Part shown: positions 45,961 through 53,908 of the stretch, one piece after another
Layout of the letters: each line of letters opens with the position of its first letter
Position numbering within the stretch: the first letter of the stretch is position 1
Source of the DNA: Candidatus Sulfotelmatobacter sp.
GTDB taxonomy: Bacteria > Vulcanimicrobiota > Vulcanimicrobiia > Vulcanimicrobiales > Vulcanimicrobiaceae
Direction of reading: 5' to 3'
DNA length: 64,000 nucleotides
NCBI GenBank assembly: GCA_035504415.1
Contig: DATJRY010000017.1
Coordinates: 461,263 to 525,262 of the forward strand
Program-made: the position numbers and the translations under genes
The notes under the pieces: generated by a model
What the model was told of the DNA's origin: nothing
The model's database searches: none
What the model saw: only the letters and a program-made list of their open reading frames with translations

Positions 45961-46257
45961 TCACCTGACGTCGCCGGCCCTTCTCGAAGCCGTTTTCGTT
46001 CGCAGCAACGATCTCGTGCCGCGCGATGGCGCTTTCCAGTACGGCGCCGTCACGCCCGCTGCGAAAGTATGCCACACGATCTCCTTCGCGGGTTCGGGAA
46101 GGATCTTCCGGGCCTTGTCTTCTTTCGGGAAGGCGTAGCCCTCGACGACCTTGCGAGCGGCGTACGGTGAGGCGAGCATGAACTTGACCACGCCGCGAGC
46201 GCTCATCGAGAACGGTTTCGGGTCGCGCGCGCCGGGAAGGACCGTGAGGGTTGCCAT
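45961..46257 (-). pseudogene. Remnant of a hypothetical gene with an apparent 2-bp insertion
   Basis: GAGGG RBS plus MATLTVLPG...SARGVVKFM..SP.AARKVV..Y.FP. Protein-like reading continues in another frame after a GTGTG duplication. Confidence 0.35.
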
Positions 46258-46758
46258 CGCGCTCGCCCTCAGCGTTTCTAGGTCTGCCGGTCCGAGAGGA
46301 CCGATGCGGCGACCGCACTGCCGGGCTCTTGCCGGTGGCCAGCAACGACCCGGCGGTCGAAGCGACCTTGGCGCTCGTGTGAGCCACGGGGTTAAGCGCT
46401 CGCGGGCTCGTCCGGGTGTCTGACAGGGCTGCCCCGGCGATGCTGCGGACGTCGGGGTTCTTGCTCGTTTGGAGCAGCCGGCTCGCGATGCGGTCGATTC
46501 CCTGGTGGGTGTCCCCTCGGCAGCGCCTCTTGCCACGATAGCCTCCGGGAATAGACGTTCGGGGGAACGTGTGTTCAATAAACTAGCCGGTATGGCACGC
46601 CGTACAGCCGGTCAACAGGACCCGCCTAGAATATGGGCGGGCTGAGCGCCACCGTCCTGACACTCCTTCGCGGAAGTCAAGCGTGGGCGCTTTGGCGAAC
46701 GGCGCTGTGATGCGGGTGGCTCTGGCCTCGAGGCAGCGGCGCGGGAGGCGGCGACCGA

Positions 46759-48048
46759 ATGCTAATTACGCCGTTCTCTGATCAGCCGACCGATGCGCTG
46801 CGTACCGCGGTGAACAGCCTTCGTGCGGACCGCGAGAACGTGCAGCGCATTTGGATCTTCGATCCGGAACAGCGCCGGGACGACGATCCGTCGCCGCCTG
46901 CGATCTCGTTCGGCTCTGACTCCGGCCTGCGCTTCGTCGCGCCATTTGCGCCGGGCCGGCTGATGTATTTCGACGCGGTGACGCAAAAATATCGGCCTGC
47001 GAAGCGTCGTACTATCCTCGGGCTCGACTCGAACCTGTGTTCATTGCTCCGTGAAGTCTTCGTTCACGGTTCCGATGATCCGACGCGGACGCGGAGGGTC
47101 ATCGACCTTGCAAAGCACGCGCGCATTTGGCGCGCGGAAGTTCAGCCCATGCTATATCTGCGTGAACTCGTCCTCCGCCTACCCATAGCCGACCTGCGAA
47201 ACGACGCCGAAAAGGCAGTCGTGTCGATGTTCAAGATGCAGGCATTGCGGCCGCAATCGAGCGAGGGGGCGGGGCGGCTGATCTTCGATGAAGCCATACT
47301 CGACCACTTCGAAGAGCGCTTTGGTGTACGAACGTTCGAAGAGGCTGCGTCCAAGCAGGTCGACCTTATGCTGCAAAAAGGGGACGTCGGACACGCGCAC
47401 GATCACATCGTGATATATGCAGCGTTGCTCAAGATGATCGACGTCGGCCTTGCTATGAAACAGCGGCCGCTGGATGAGAGGCTCGCTGAAGTCGATGCGT
47501 TTATCGTGCGCGACTTGGCTTCTGTTCAACCGCGTCTCCATGTGCTGGCGCGTCTGTTCTTTTCTGGAACGCTGGCACGGCTATTAAAAATCACCGCGGG
47601 TAACCCGAATTTCGGCCGCAAGCACCTAATCGGCTCCTCGTACGACCTTTACTTGACGATCATTCATGAGAACTTCTTGGGTACTAGCGATGAACCGCCC
47701 GAGGCGTGGCTCTCGATCCTCTGCACGCTGGACGAAGGGCTGTCCAACTACGCAGGCCGCTTTCCGCTGGTGAGTCTCGCGGTCATGAACGATTACTCGT
47801 TCCGGATTGCCCATCAGTGGGATGATGCGTGGCTGAAGAATACGCTCGGCGTCGGGCGCTACGACGAGCTTGTGCGCTCAGTGAATGAACGCGTGCCATC
47901 GGTCAAGACCAGTTGGCTGACGGAGCGGACGATAGCAATGATTCGTGATATCGAAGCGCGGCTTGGCGTTACGGCTGAGCAGTCGCTTCTCGGCGACGCC
48001 ACGGCGCAATATATTATCGCCGGGACATCGTTCGGACGTCCAGCATAG
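46759..48048 (+). CDS. Hypothetical island protein (429 aa), weak PIN-like LDSN motif
   Basis: GGGAGG RBS, atypical codon usage, ILGLDSNLCS...YLRE...D acidic pattern. Confidence 0.75.
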   Translation: MLITPFSDQPTDALRTAVNSLRADRENVQRIWIFDPEQRRDDDPSPPAISFGSDSGLRFVAPFAPGRLMYFDAVTQKYRPAKRRTILGLDSNLCSLLREVFVHGSDDPTRTRRVIDLAKHARIWRAEVQPMLYLRELVLRLPIADLRNDAEKAVVSMFKMQALRPQSSEGAGRLIFDEAILDHFEERFGVRTFEEAASKQVDLMLQKGDVGHAHDHIVIYAALLKMIDVGLAMKQRPLDERLAEVDAFIVRDLASVQPRLHVLARLFFSGTLARLLKITAGNPNFGRKHLIGSSYDLYLTIIHENFLGTSDEPPEAWLSILCTLDEGLSNYAGRFPLVSLAVMNDYSFRIAHQWDDAWLKNTLGVGRYDELVRSVNERVPSVKTSWLTERTIAMIRDIEARLGVTAEQSLLGDATAQYIIAGTSFGRPA

Positions 48049-48078
48049 TAACCGCAGTACGACAGAGAGTACGAGCAT

Positions 48079-48246
48079 ATGCCCGAAAGCGAACAATCGA
48101 CAGAAGAAGCCCGGCTCAAATGCCCGGCACACTTATCGGATCCCCCGACCGTTCATTTCGAAAAACGCGGTGGGAAGTTGTACTGGGTTTGTGATGCGTT
48201 CGGCATGGTGCCGAAGCACCATGGGATTGTGAATCCAAAGGAGTAG
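48079..48246 (+). CDS. Small ORF (55 aa) with a zinc-ribbon-like CPAH...WVC...HH pattern
   Basis: Manual translation MPESEQSTEEARLKCPAHLSDPPTVHFEKRGGKLYWVCDAFGMVPKHHGIVNPKE*; below the ORF-track cutoff. Confidence 0.4.
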   Translation: MPESEQSTEEARLKCPAHLSDPPTVHFEKRGGKLYWVCDAFGMVPKHHGIVNPKE

Positions 48247-48285
48247 AAGTCCACGGCTTGCCCGCCACTTTAGACACGCATCAGC

Positions 48286-50241
48286 ATGACTGAGCCGAAC
48301 GCTGAAATTCCAGACGGTGTCGCGGTCGCCTTCGAAATATCGGGTGACCGCTCCCGGATAGGAATCACTAAGACGGAGAACGGGCGCTCGTACTGCGTAC
48401 CGATGGCGAAGCATCTCCTACGTGACGTTGCTGTCGAAGTTGATAGGGCGTCTGTCGTCGCGCTTGAAAGACTACAACCGGAGATAGAACCGCGTCAGAG
48501 CACAGCCAGTGATCCCGTGCGGGCCGCATTCGAACCGATCATTGAAGTTGCCGCAGGAACGGTGCTCGCCGAAGCCCTCAAGGATGACCCGACGCGGTAC
48601 CGCTTTTACCAGGTCGTGGAGGACGTCCTCCGCGCGTACAACGACCTCGAACGCGACAAGTCAGCGATAGTCCGCAGGTTCGACGTCCGGCACGGACCCT
48701 ATGGCGACCAGATTTCTCGTCGACATCGTGGGGGACGGCCGGTTCGGTCACTCGCCGGCTTGGCACAGCTCCAATACCGTGCGGTGCCGGACCGTTTTCT
48801 CAGCGTTCTTCGCATACCGATCATCACTGAATGGCAAGTCGAAGATATACCGGCAACCGCCGCCTTTCCGACGAAACGCATGGCGGGACTGGCTTCACTA
48901 GCGATCAGGGACGGGCGTGCGGAAGCGACCGTCAAAGCGCCGGAGCATCCGCTTTTTGTAGACGAGCCGTCAGGAATCGACGTGGCAGTCGTCTACCGCA
49001 AATTGGAGCACGGGGCCATTGCGCCGAGTACTCCTTCGACGCCTCTGTGGTCAGCGACAGATGCGCGCTATGTTGGCGGCTCTTTCGGGGGAAGTGACGC
49101 GGTCTTCCGTTTTATGGTACCCCGTGTCTCGTTAGCGTTTGGGGACGGAGATATTGCCGCAACGCGTGAAACTTTCCGCGGACTCACGCTGAAGGGGTTC
49201 GGGCACCGGATCATGCCCGAATACCCGACCGGGTTTGACCTTATGACGGCCCGGGATGCGTACATCGTGAATATCTACGGACGAGACGCCCGCATCGTTC
49301 AGTCAGGCGCGAACCACGTGTCGCTGATCCACGAAGGTGAGCCGCTGCAAGACAGCCAGGTTGACGATGTCCAGACCCTGATCCAATATCTATGCGGCAA
49401 TCGCGGGCAGCACATCACGACGGAAACGTTCGATGCGACTGGCCGCCTCACATATGAATTTAACGAGCGTAGCGGACCAACGGAGCGTGGACAGCCGCCG
49501 ATCCAACTCGACCACTGGACGACGACAACAAATTTAGTGGCGCCGCAATTCGAGGCGATGCTTTCCGCGATCAGGAGGCTGCGCGATAAGGCTCCCGTTA
49601 AGTTGGATGCAGCGTTTCATCATTATTTCGAAGGCGTGAACTCGTCGTATCCGGTCACGCGCATCTTGATGCTTGCAGTGGCGATTGATACGCTTGTGGC
49701 GCTTCAAATCGGAAATCAACGCCAGGCGAGCATTATTGATAATCGCATCTTCCAGCGGGCGATTAAGCCCATTCGTGCGGCCGTCGAGAGATCGCTCGCG
49801 GCCGAGTCCGTTCCGTCGGACAAAGCAACGAAGATCCTGAACAAGCTACAGTCGTTGAACAACGCGTCCGCAGCGCAGCGACAGAGGGACTTCTGGACGG
49901 ACCTTGGGATCAATCTCACGACGGAGGAAGCCGAGGTCCTGGAATCGCGGCACGAAGTTGTCCATGAAGGGCACGTCGGCTCGGAACGTACATCGGACGC
50001 TCTCTGGGACAACTATCGCCGAAGTGGTGTGCTCGCAAACCTCTTCAATCGCGCTATGCTCGCGCTGCTCGGGTGGAACGGGCCTTATCTGGATGCGACG
50101 GTGACGGACCGGCATGTCGAACTGCCGCTGCACGCGCCGCGTTCTGGCGAAAGCGCCGAGGCCGCGATACCGAGTGCCGATGTAAGCGAGCCTGCACAGT
50201 CCTCCTCCGATTCGAGGTCGCTGCCGGATCTCTGGCGGTGA
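48286..50241 (+). CDS. ApeA-like/HEPN domain protein, putative defence RNase
   Basis: C-terminal helical domain: AAFHHYFEG...RILMLAVAIDTL...SRHEVVHEG (Rx4H)...LFNRAMLALLG. Confidence 0.7.
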   Translation: MTEPNAEIPDGVAVAFEISGDRSRIGITKTENGRSYCVPMAKHLLRDVAVEVDRASVVALERLQPEIEPRQSTASDPVRAAFEPIIEVAAGTVLAEALKDDPTRYRFYQVVEDVLRAYNDLERDKSAIVRRFDVRHGPYGDQISRRHRGGRPVRSLAGLAQLQYRAVPDRFLSVLRIPIITEWQVEDIPATAAFPTKRMAGLASLAIRDGRAEATVKAPEHPLFVDEPSGIDVAVVYRKLEHGAIAPSTPSTPLWSATDARYVGGSFGGSDAVFRFMVPRVSLAFGDGDIAATRETFRGLTLKGFGHRIMPEYPTGFDLMTARDAYIVNIYGRDARIVQSGANHVSLIHEGEPLQDSQVDDVQTLIQYLCGNRGQHITTETFDATGRLTYEFNERSGPTERGQPPIQLDHWTTTTNLVAPQFEAMLSAIRRLRDKAPVKLDAAFHHYFEGVNSSYPVTRILMLAVAIDTLVALQIGNQRQASIIDNRIFQRAIKPIRAAVERSLAAESVPSDKATKILNKLQSLNNASAAQRQRDFWTDLGINLTTEEAEVLESRHEVVHEGHVGSERTSDALWDNYRRSGVLANLFNRAMLALLGWNGPYLDATVTDRHVELPLHAPRSGESAEAAIPSADVSEPAQSSSDSRSLPDLWR

Positions 50242-50638
50242 AGGCTGCTTCGTACGGATTATTGCCGTCGGTCCGATTTGTCGCCAGCAGATTGTTGCTG
50301 CCGTCGTACAGGTCGACGTAAGCGTTGTCGTTCCCGATGGGAGCGACAACCGGCCACGTGCATTCCGTGTCCGCGCCGACGACCGCGCACGGCGGATTCG
50401 TGCCGGTCGTGGTCACCGGGAGCGTGTCGGTTGCGTAGGGCGTCAGCGAGCCGTCGCCGTTGACGACCGAGATGGTCGCGACCGCGTACGAAGTCCAGGG
50501 TGAAATCCACTGCGGGCGACGACTGTGGGCGTTCGCCGCCGTCGCGCGGGGCGGGATGATGACCTGGAGTTTGCCGGCCACGACGGGGCCCGGAAGCGAA
50601 GACGGTTCGGCTTGCCGAGACGCGCCGAGGAGCGTCAA
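50242..50638 (-). pseudogene. Truncated fragment of a secreted/lipoprotein family gene
   Basis: RRPQWISPWTS...PPC....TECTWPVVAPIGNDN.YVDLYDGSNNLLAT. The protein-like reading stops at the HEPN gene's 3' end, and no signal peptide or start is evident. Confidence 0.5.
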
Positions 50639-50661
50639 AATCGCGTAGACCTGCGGGATAG

Positions 50662-50720
50662 GTGACTAAAATGTGACTAAATCGGACCCTGGAAATGGAA
50701 AAACCCTTGTAAAACAAGGA
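50662..50720. repeat. Candidate integrase arm-type sites next to the att site
   Basis: GTGACTAAA direct repeat (50662-50670, 50673-50681) and CCTTGT-AAA-ACAAGG inverted repeat (50705-50719). Confidence 0.5.
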
Positions 50721-50729
50721 TTTCCCAAA

Positions 50730-50802
50730 TAGCCCCAACGGGATTCGAACCCGTGTTACCGCCGTGAGAGGGCGGCGTCCTAGGCCTCTAGACGATAGGG
50801 CC
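50730..50802 (-). tRNA. tRNA-Glu (anticodon CTC), no encoded CCA
   Basis: GGCCCTA acceptor stem, anticodon arm CCGCC-CT-CTC-AC-GGCGG, GGTTCGAATCC T-loop. Confidence 0.96.
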
Positions 50803-50804
50803 GT

Positions 50805-50878
50805 TGGCTCCCGGTCATGGATTCGAACCACGATGACCTCGTCCAGAGCGAGGCATGCTACCGTTGCATCAACCGGGA
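50805..50878 (-). tRNA. tRNA-Gln (anticodon CTG), CCA encoded
   Basis: TCCCGGT/ACCGGGA acceptor stem, CCTCG-CT-CTG-GA-CGAGG anticodon arm, GTTCGAATC T-loop, GCCA end. Confidence 0.96.
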
Positions 50879-51433
50879 TTGCTCGATTGTCGATTTGCGT
50901 CGGCGCGGGTTCCTGCCCGCGAAGGTCTCCGTTTGGATGTGGCAGTTCGGGCAGAGCATCCGGAGATTTTCCAACCGGTGGTCGTCCCGAACGCCGTTTC
51001 GATGATCGATTTGGATGGCCAGGGGCTTCCCCCTCCAGCTGTCCAGGCCGCATTCATCGCAGACGTTCCTGAGTATACCAGCCTGGATCAAGCGCCTTTT
51101 GATGGAGCCCCGGTAGCGGCTCCGGGCCAGGACCTCCTCGACGGTCCAGCTCCGGGGACGCGGCCGCACGCTCCCCCGGCGGACCGCCTTGGTCCAGGCC
51201 ATCAGCGTGAAGCCGAACCGCTGGCAGCAGTCACGGACCGAGTGGCCGGCATCGTAGTACTGCTGCACGGCAGACCAATCGTAGCGTGTCGGCACCGTCG
51301 CGGCGCGAAGGCGCCCCCGCCGGATCGCCTTGTACCAAGCTGCCAGTTGGAATCCGAAGCGCTCGCGGCACGCGTCCCGATCGTGGCCGGCATCGTAGTA
51401 TGCTTGCACGGCAGCCCAATCGTGTGTGCGCAT
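50858..51433 (-). CDS. HNH endonuclease with two N-terminal 47-aa repeats
   Basis: CDECG...IQIDHRNG...RLENLRMLCPNCH; repeat DW.AVQ.YYDAGH...C..RFGF...AW.KA.RRG occurs twice. Start MRTHDW at 51433. Confidence 0.9.
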   Translation of the reverse strand: MRTHDWAAVQAYYDAGHDRDACRERFGFQLAAWYKAIRRGRLRAATVPTRYDWSAVQQYYDAGHSVRDCCQRFGFTLMAWTKAVRRGSVRPRPRSWTVEEVLARSRYRGSIKRRLIQAGILRNVCDECGLDSWRGKPLAIQIDHRNGVRDDHRLENLRMLCPNCHIQTETFAGRNPRRRKSTIEQSRLMQR

Positions 51434-51485
51434 GTTGCCAATGTAGCGGAGGGACGTGCCACCGGGGTGGCACGAACCTAACGTC

Positions 51486-52553
51486 GTGCAAGCAATCGTC
51501 CTCGTCGGCGGTGAGGGAACGCGGCTCCGCCCGCTCACGCTCGAGACCCCGAAGCCCATGGTCCCGGTCATGAACATGCCCTTCCTCGAACGTACGCTGC
51601 GGCGGTTGAAGGACGCGGGCATCGAGGACGTCATCTTGCCGGCCGGCTATCTCCCGGACGCGATCACCTCATTTTTCGGCGACGGCTCGGCGCTCGGACT
51701 GCGCGTCCGCTACGTGATCGAAGAAACGCCGCTCGGCACCGCCGGCGCCCTCAAGAACGTCGCGCAATACATCGACGGCCCGTTCTTCGTCCTCAACGGC
51801 GACGTGCTCACCTCGCTCGACCTGCGCGCGATGATGCAGTATCACCGGCAGAAGGGCGGCGTCGCGACGCTGCATCTGATCCGCGTCGAGGATCCCAGCG
51901 CCTTCGGCTGCGTCGTTCATGACGATCAGGGCCGCATCTCGGCCTTCGTCGAGAAGCCGCCGCGCGACGAAGCGCCGACGAACGAGGTCAACGCCGGCAC
52001 CTACTTGCTCGAACCCGAGGTCCTCGACCGCATCCCCGCCGGTCGCCCGGTCTCGATCGAGCGCGAGACCTTCCCGGCGCTGATCGCCGCCGGTCGCCCC
52101 CTCTACGCCTATACGACCGACGACTATTGGATCGATCTCGGCCGCCCCGAGGCGTATCTCGCGGCCCATCGCCACGTCTTCGACGGGGCGATGCCGCTGG
52201 GCTTGGCGCCCGACGTCGACGGGCCGGGCCGCGAGACCGTTCCCCGCTCGGCGCTGCGCCCGCCGGTCTTCGTCGGCCGCGACTGCCGGGTCGCCGCCGA
52301 CGCGGTGGTCGGGCCCTACGCGGTGCTCGGCGACCGCTGCCAGGTCGGCTCGGGTGCGACGGTCGCCGACTCGCTGTTATGGGACGACGTCATCGTCGAA
52401 GCGGGCGCGCAGATCGATTGGTCGATCGTCGCCAGTCGCGCGCGCATCGGTGCGGGCGCGCGCGTGGAGCGTGGTGCCGTGATCGGCCATGGTGCAACCA
52501 TTGCACCCGGTTCCTTGGTAGAGACGAACGCCCGGGTCGCCGTCGAGCCCTGA
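51486..52553 (+). CDS. NDP-sugar synthase (mannose-1-phosphate guanylyltransferase-like)
   Basis: QAIVLVGGEGTRLRPLT..TPKPM, PLGTAGA, LNGD, FVEKP, C-terminal left-handed beta-helix repeats. Confidence 0.92.
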   Translation: MQAIVLVGGEGTRLRPLTLETPKPMVPVMNMPFLERTLRRLKDAGIEDVILPAGYLPDAITSFFGDGSALGLRVRYVIEETPLGTAGALKNVAQYIDGPFFVLNGDVLTSLDLRAMMQYHRQKGGVATLHLIRVEDPSAFGCVVHDDQGRISAFVEKPPRDEAPTNEVNAGTYLLEPEVLDRIPAGRPVSIERETFPALIAAGRPLYAYTTDDYWIDLGRPEAYLAAHRHVFDGAMPLGLAPDVDGPGRETVPRSALRPPVFVGRDCRVAADAVVGPYAVLGDRCQVGSGATVADSLLWDDVIVEAGAQIDWSIVASRARIGAGARVERGAVIGHGATIAPGSLVETNARVAVEP

Positions 52554-52721
52554 CGTCGAGCCCGCGACCCGCACGGCGTCGCGGTTTGTAGCGCTCCTCG
52601 ACGGGGTACGTCATTGACGGCCCAAGCGAGCGCGTTCGCAGGGGTGGACCTTGGTGTCTGCCGCCGCGCCCCGTGGGCTTTGCCGGATCACCGTTCGGCC
52701 GCCAAAAGGGGAACCCAATAC

Positions 52722-53894
52722 GTGACTGCCGCGCCCCGGATGCTCTTCCTCGGTTCGTTTCCGCCGCGTGAATGCGGCATCGCCACCTTCATGAAGGACG
52801 TGGTCACCAGCTACGATCGCGCCTTCGGGACCCGCAGCGACGTGATCGCGATCGACGAGCCGGGCGGAGAGGGTCGCGTCTATCCGCCGGAAGTGATTGC
52901 TCGGTTGGTGCAGCACGATCGCGGTTCGGCCTTGCGAGTCGCGGACGTGGTCAACGATCATCCGTGCGACGCGCTGAACATCCAACACGAGTACGGTCTC
53001 TTCGGCGGCGAAGAAGGCGAGTGGGTCCTGGATCTGATCGCGCGCGTCCGCAAACCCGTCATCACCTCGCTGCACACCGTCGTGCCGGATCCCTCGCCGC
53101 AGCACTTGCGGGTCGCGCGCGCGCTCTGCGCGTCGTCGGCCGGCATCGTCGTCCTCTCGGAGACCGGTCGCGAGCTGTTGATCGAACGCTACGGCGTCGA
53201 CGCGCGCAAGGTGCGCGTGATCCCGCACGGCGTTCCCGACGTGCCGCTCAGCGACACCGCTGAAGCCAAGGGACATTTCGGCTACGCCGGGCGCACGACG
53301 ATCTCGACGTTCGGTCTCATCAACCGCGGCAAAGGCCTCGAGTACGCGATCGACGCGATGCAGGCCGTCGTCGCCTCGCACCCCGAGACGCTCTACCTGA
53401 TCCTCGGCCAGACCCATCCGGTCGTGCGCCGTCACGAAGGCGAGTCGTATCGCCACGAGCTCGAAGCGAAGATCGCCGACCTCGGCCTGTCCGAGAACGT
53501 CGTGCTCGTCGACAAATACCTGGACTTCGACGAGCTGCTCGACTACCTCGCCGCCAGCGACCTCTACCTGACGCCCTACCTGAACCCGACGCAGATCGTC
53601 AGCGGGACGCTGGCGTACGCGGTCGGCTGCGGCAAGGCCGTCATCTCGACGCCCTATCTCTACGCGCAGGAGCTGCTGGCGCACGGCCGCGGCTTCGTCG
53701 TCCCCTTCCGCGACGCGTCGGCGATCGCGACGACGCTGCTCGCGCTGCTCGACGACCCCGCGCTGCGCGAGAGCACGCAGCGGCGCGCATATCGCTTCGG
53801 CCGCAACATGACCTGGCCGAACGTGGCGCACGCCTACGGTGAGTACTTCGACGCGCTGTTGCCGCGACGCGCGGCATTGGCGACGCCGGCCTGA
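52722..53894 (+). CDS. Glycosyltransferase family 4
   Basis: FPPRECGIATF, IQHEYGLFGG, FGLINRGKGLEY, SGTLAYAVGCGKAVISTPY. Confidence 0.92.
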   Translation: MTAAPRMLFLGSFPPRECGIATFMKDVVTSYDRAFGTRSDVIAIDEPGGEGRVYPPEVIARLVQHDRGSALRVADVVNDHPCDALNIQHEYGLFGGEEGEWVLDLIARVRKPVITSLHTVVPDPSPQHLRVARALCASSAGIVVLSETGRELLIERYGVDARKVRVIPHGVPDVPLSDTAEAKGHFGYAGRTTISTFGLINRGKGLEYAIDAMQAVVASHPETLYLILGQTHPVVRRHEGESYRHELEAKIADLGLSENVVLVDKYLDFDELLDYLAASDLYLTPYLNPTQIVSGTLAYAVGCGKAVISTPYLYAQELLAHGRGFVVPFRDASAIATTLLALLDDPALRESTQRRAYRFGRNMTWPNVAHAYGEYFDALLPRRAALATPA

Positions 53895-53908
53895 AGGCGT
53901 CACGCGCG

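Larger units (their letters stand above)
43973..50749. mobile_element. Decayed genomic island integrated at tRNA-Glu; no integrase visible
   Basis: 20-bp direct repeat at both ends, visibly lower GC and relaxed codon bias, ssb and defence-type cargo, truncated genes. Confidence 0.88.

Noticed and set aside
43993-50729. Integrase, transposase or relaxase/oriT inside the island
   Set aside because: No R-H-R-Y, serine-recombinase, DDE or HUH motifs in the ORFs. Hairpins near 46550-46700 do not match an oriT consensus I can support.
52554-52721. Riboswitch in the GT4 leader
   Set aside because: Several small hairpins, but no conserved core of c-di-AMP, c-di-GMP or other known classes; high GC explains the pairing.
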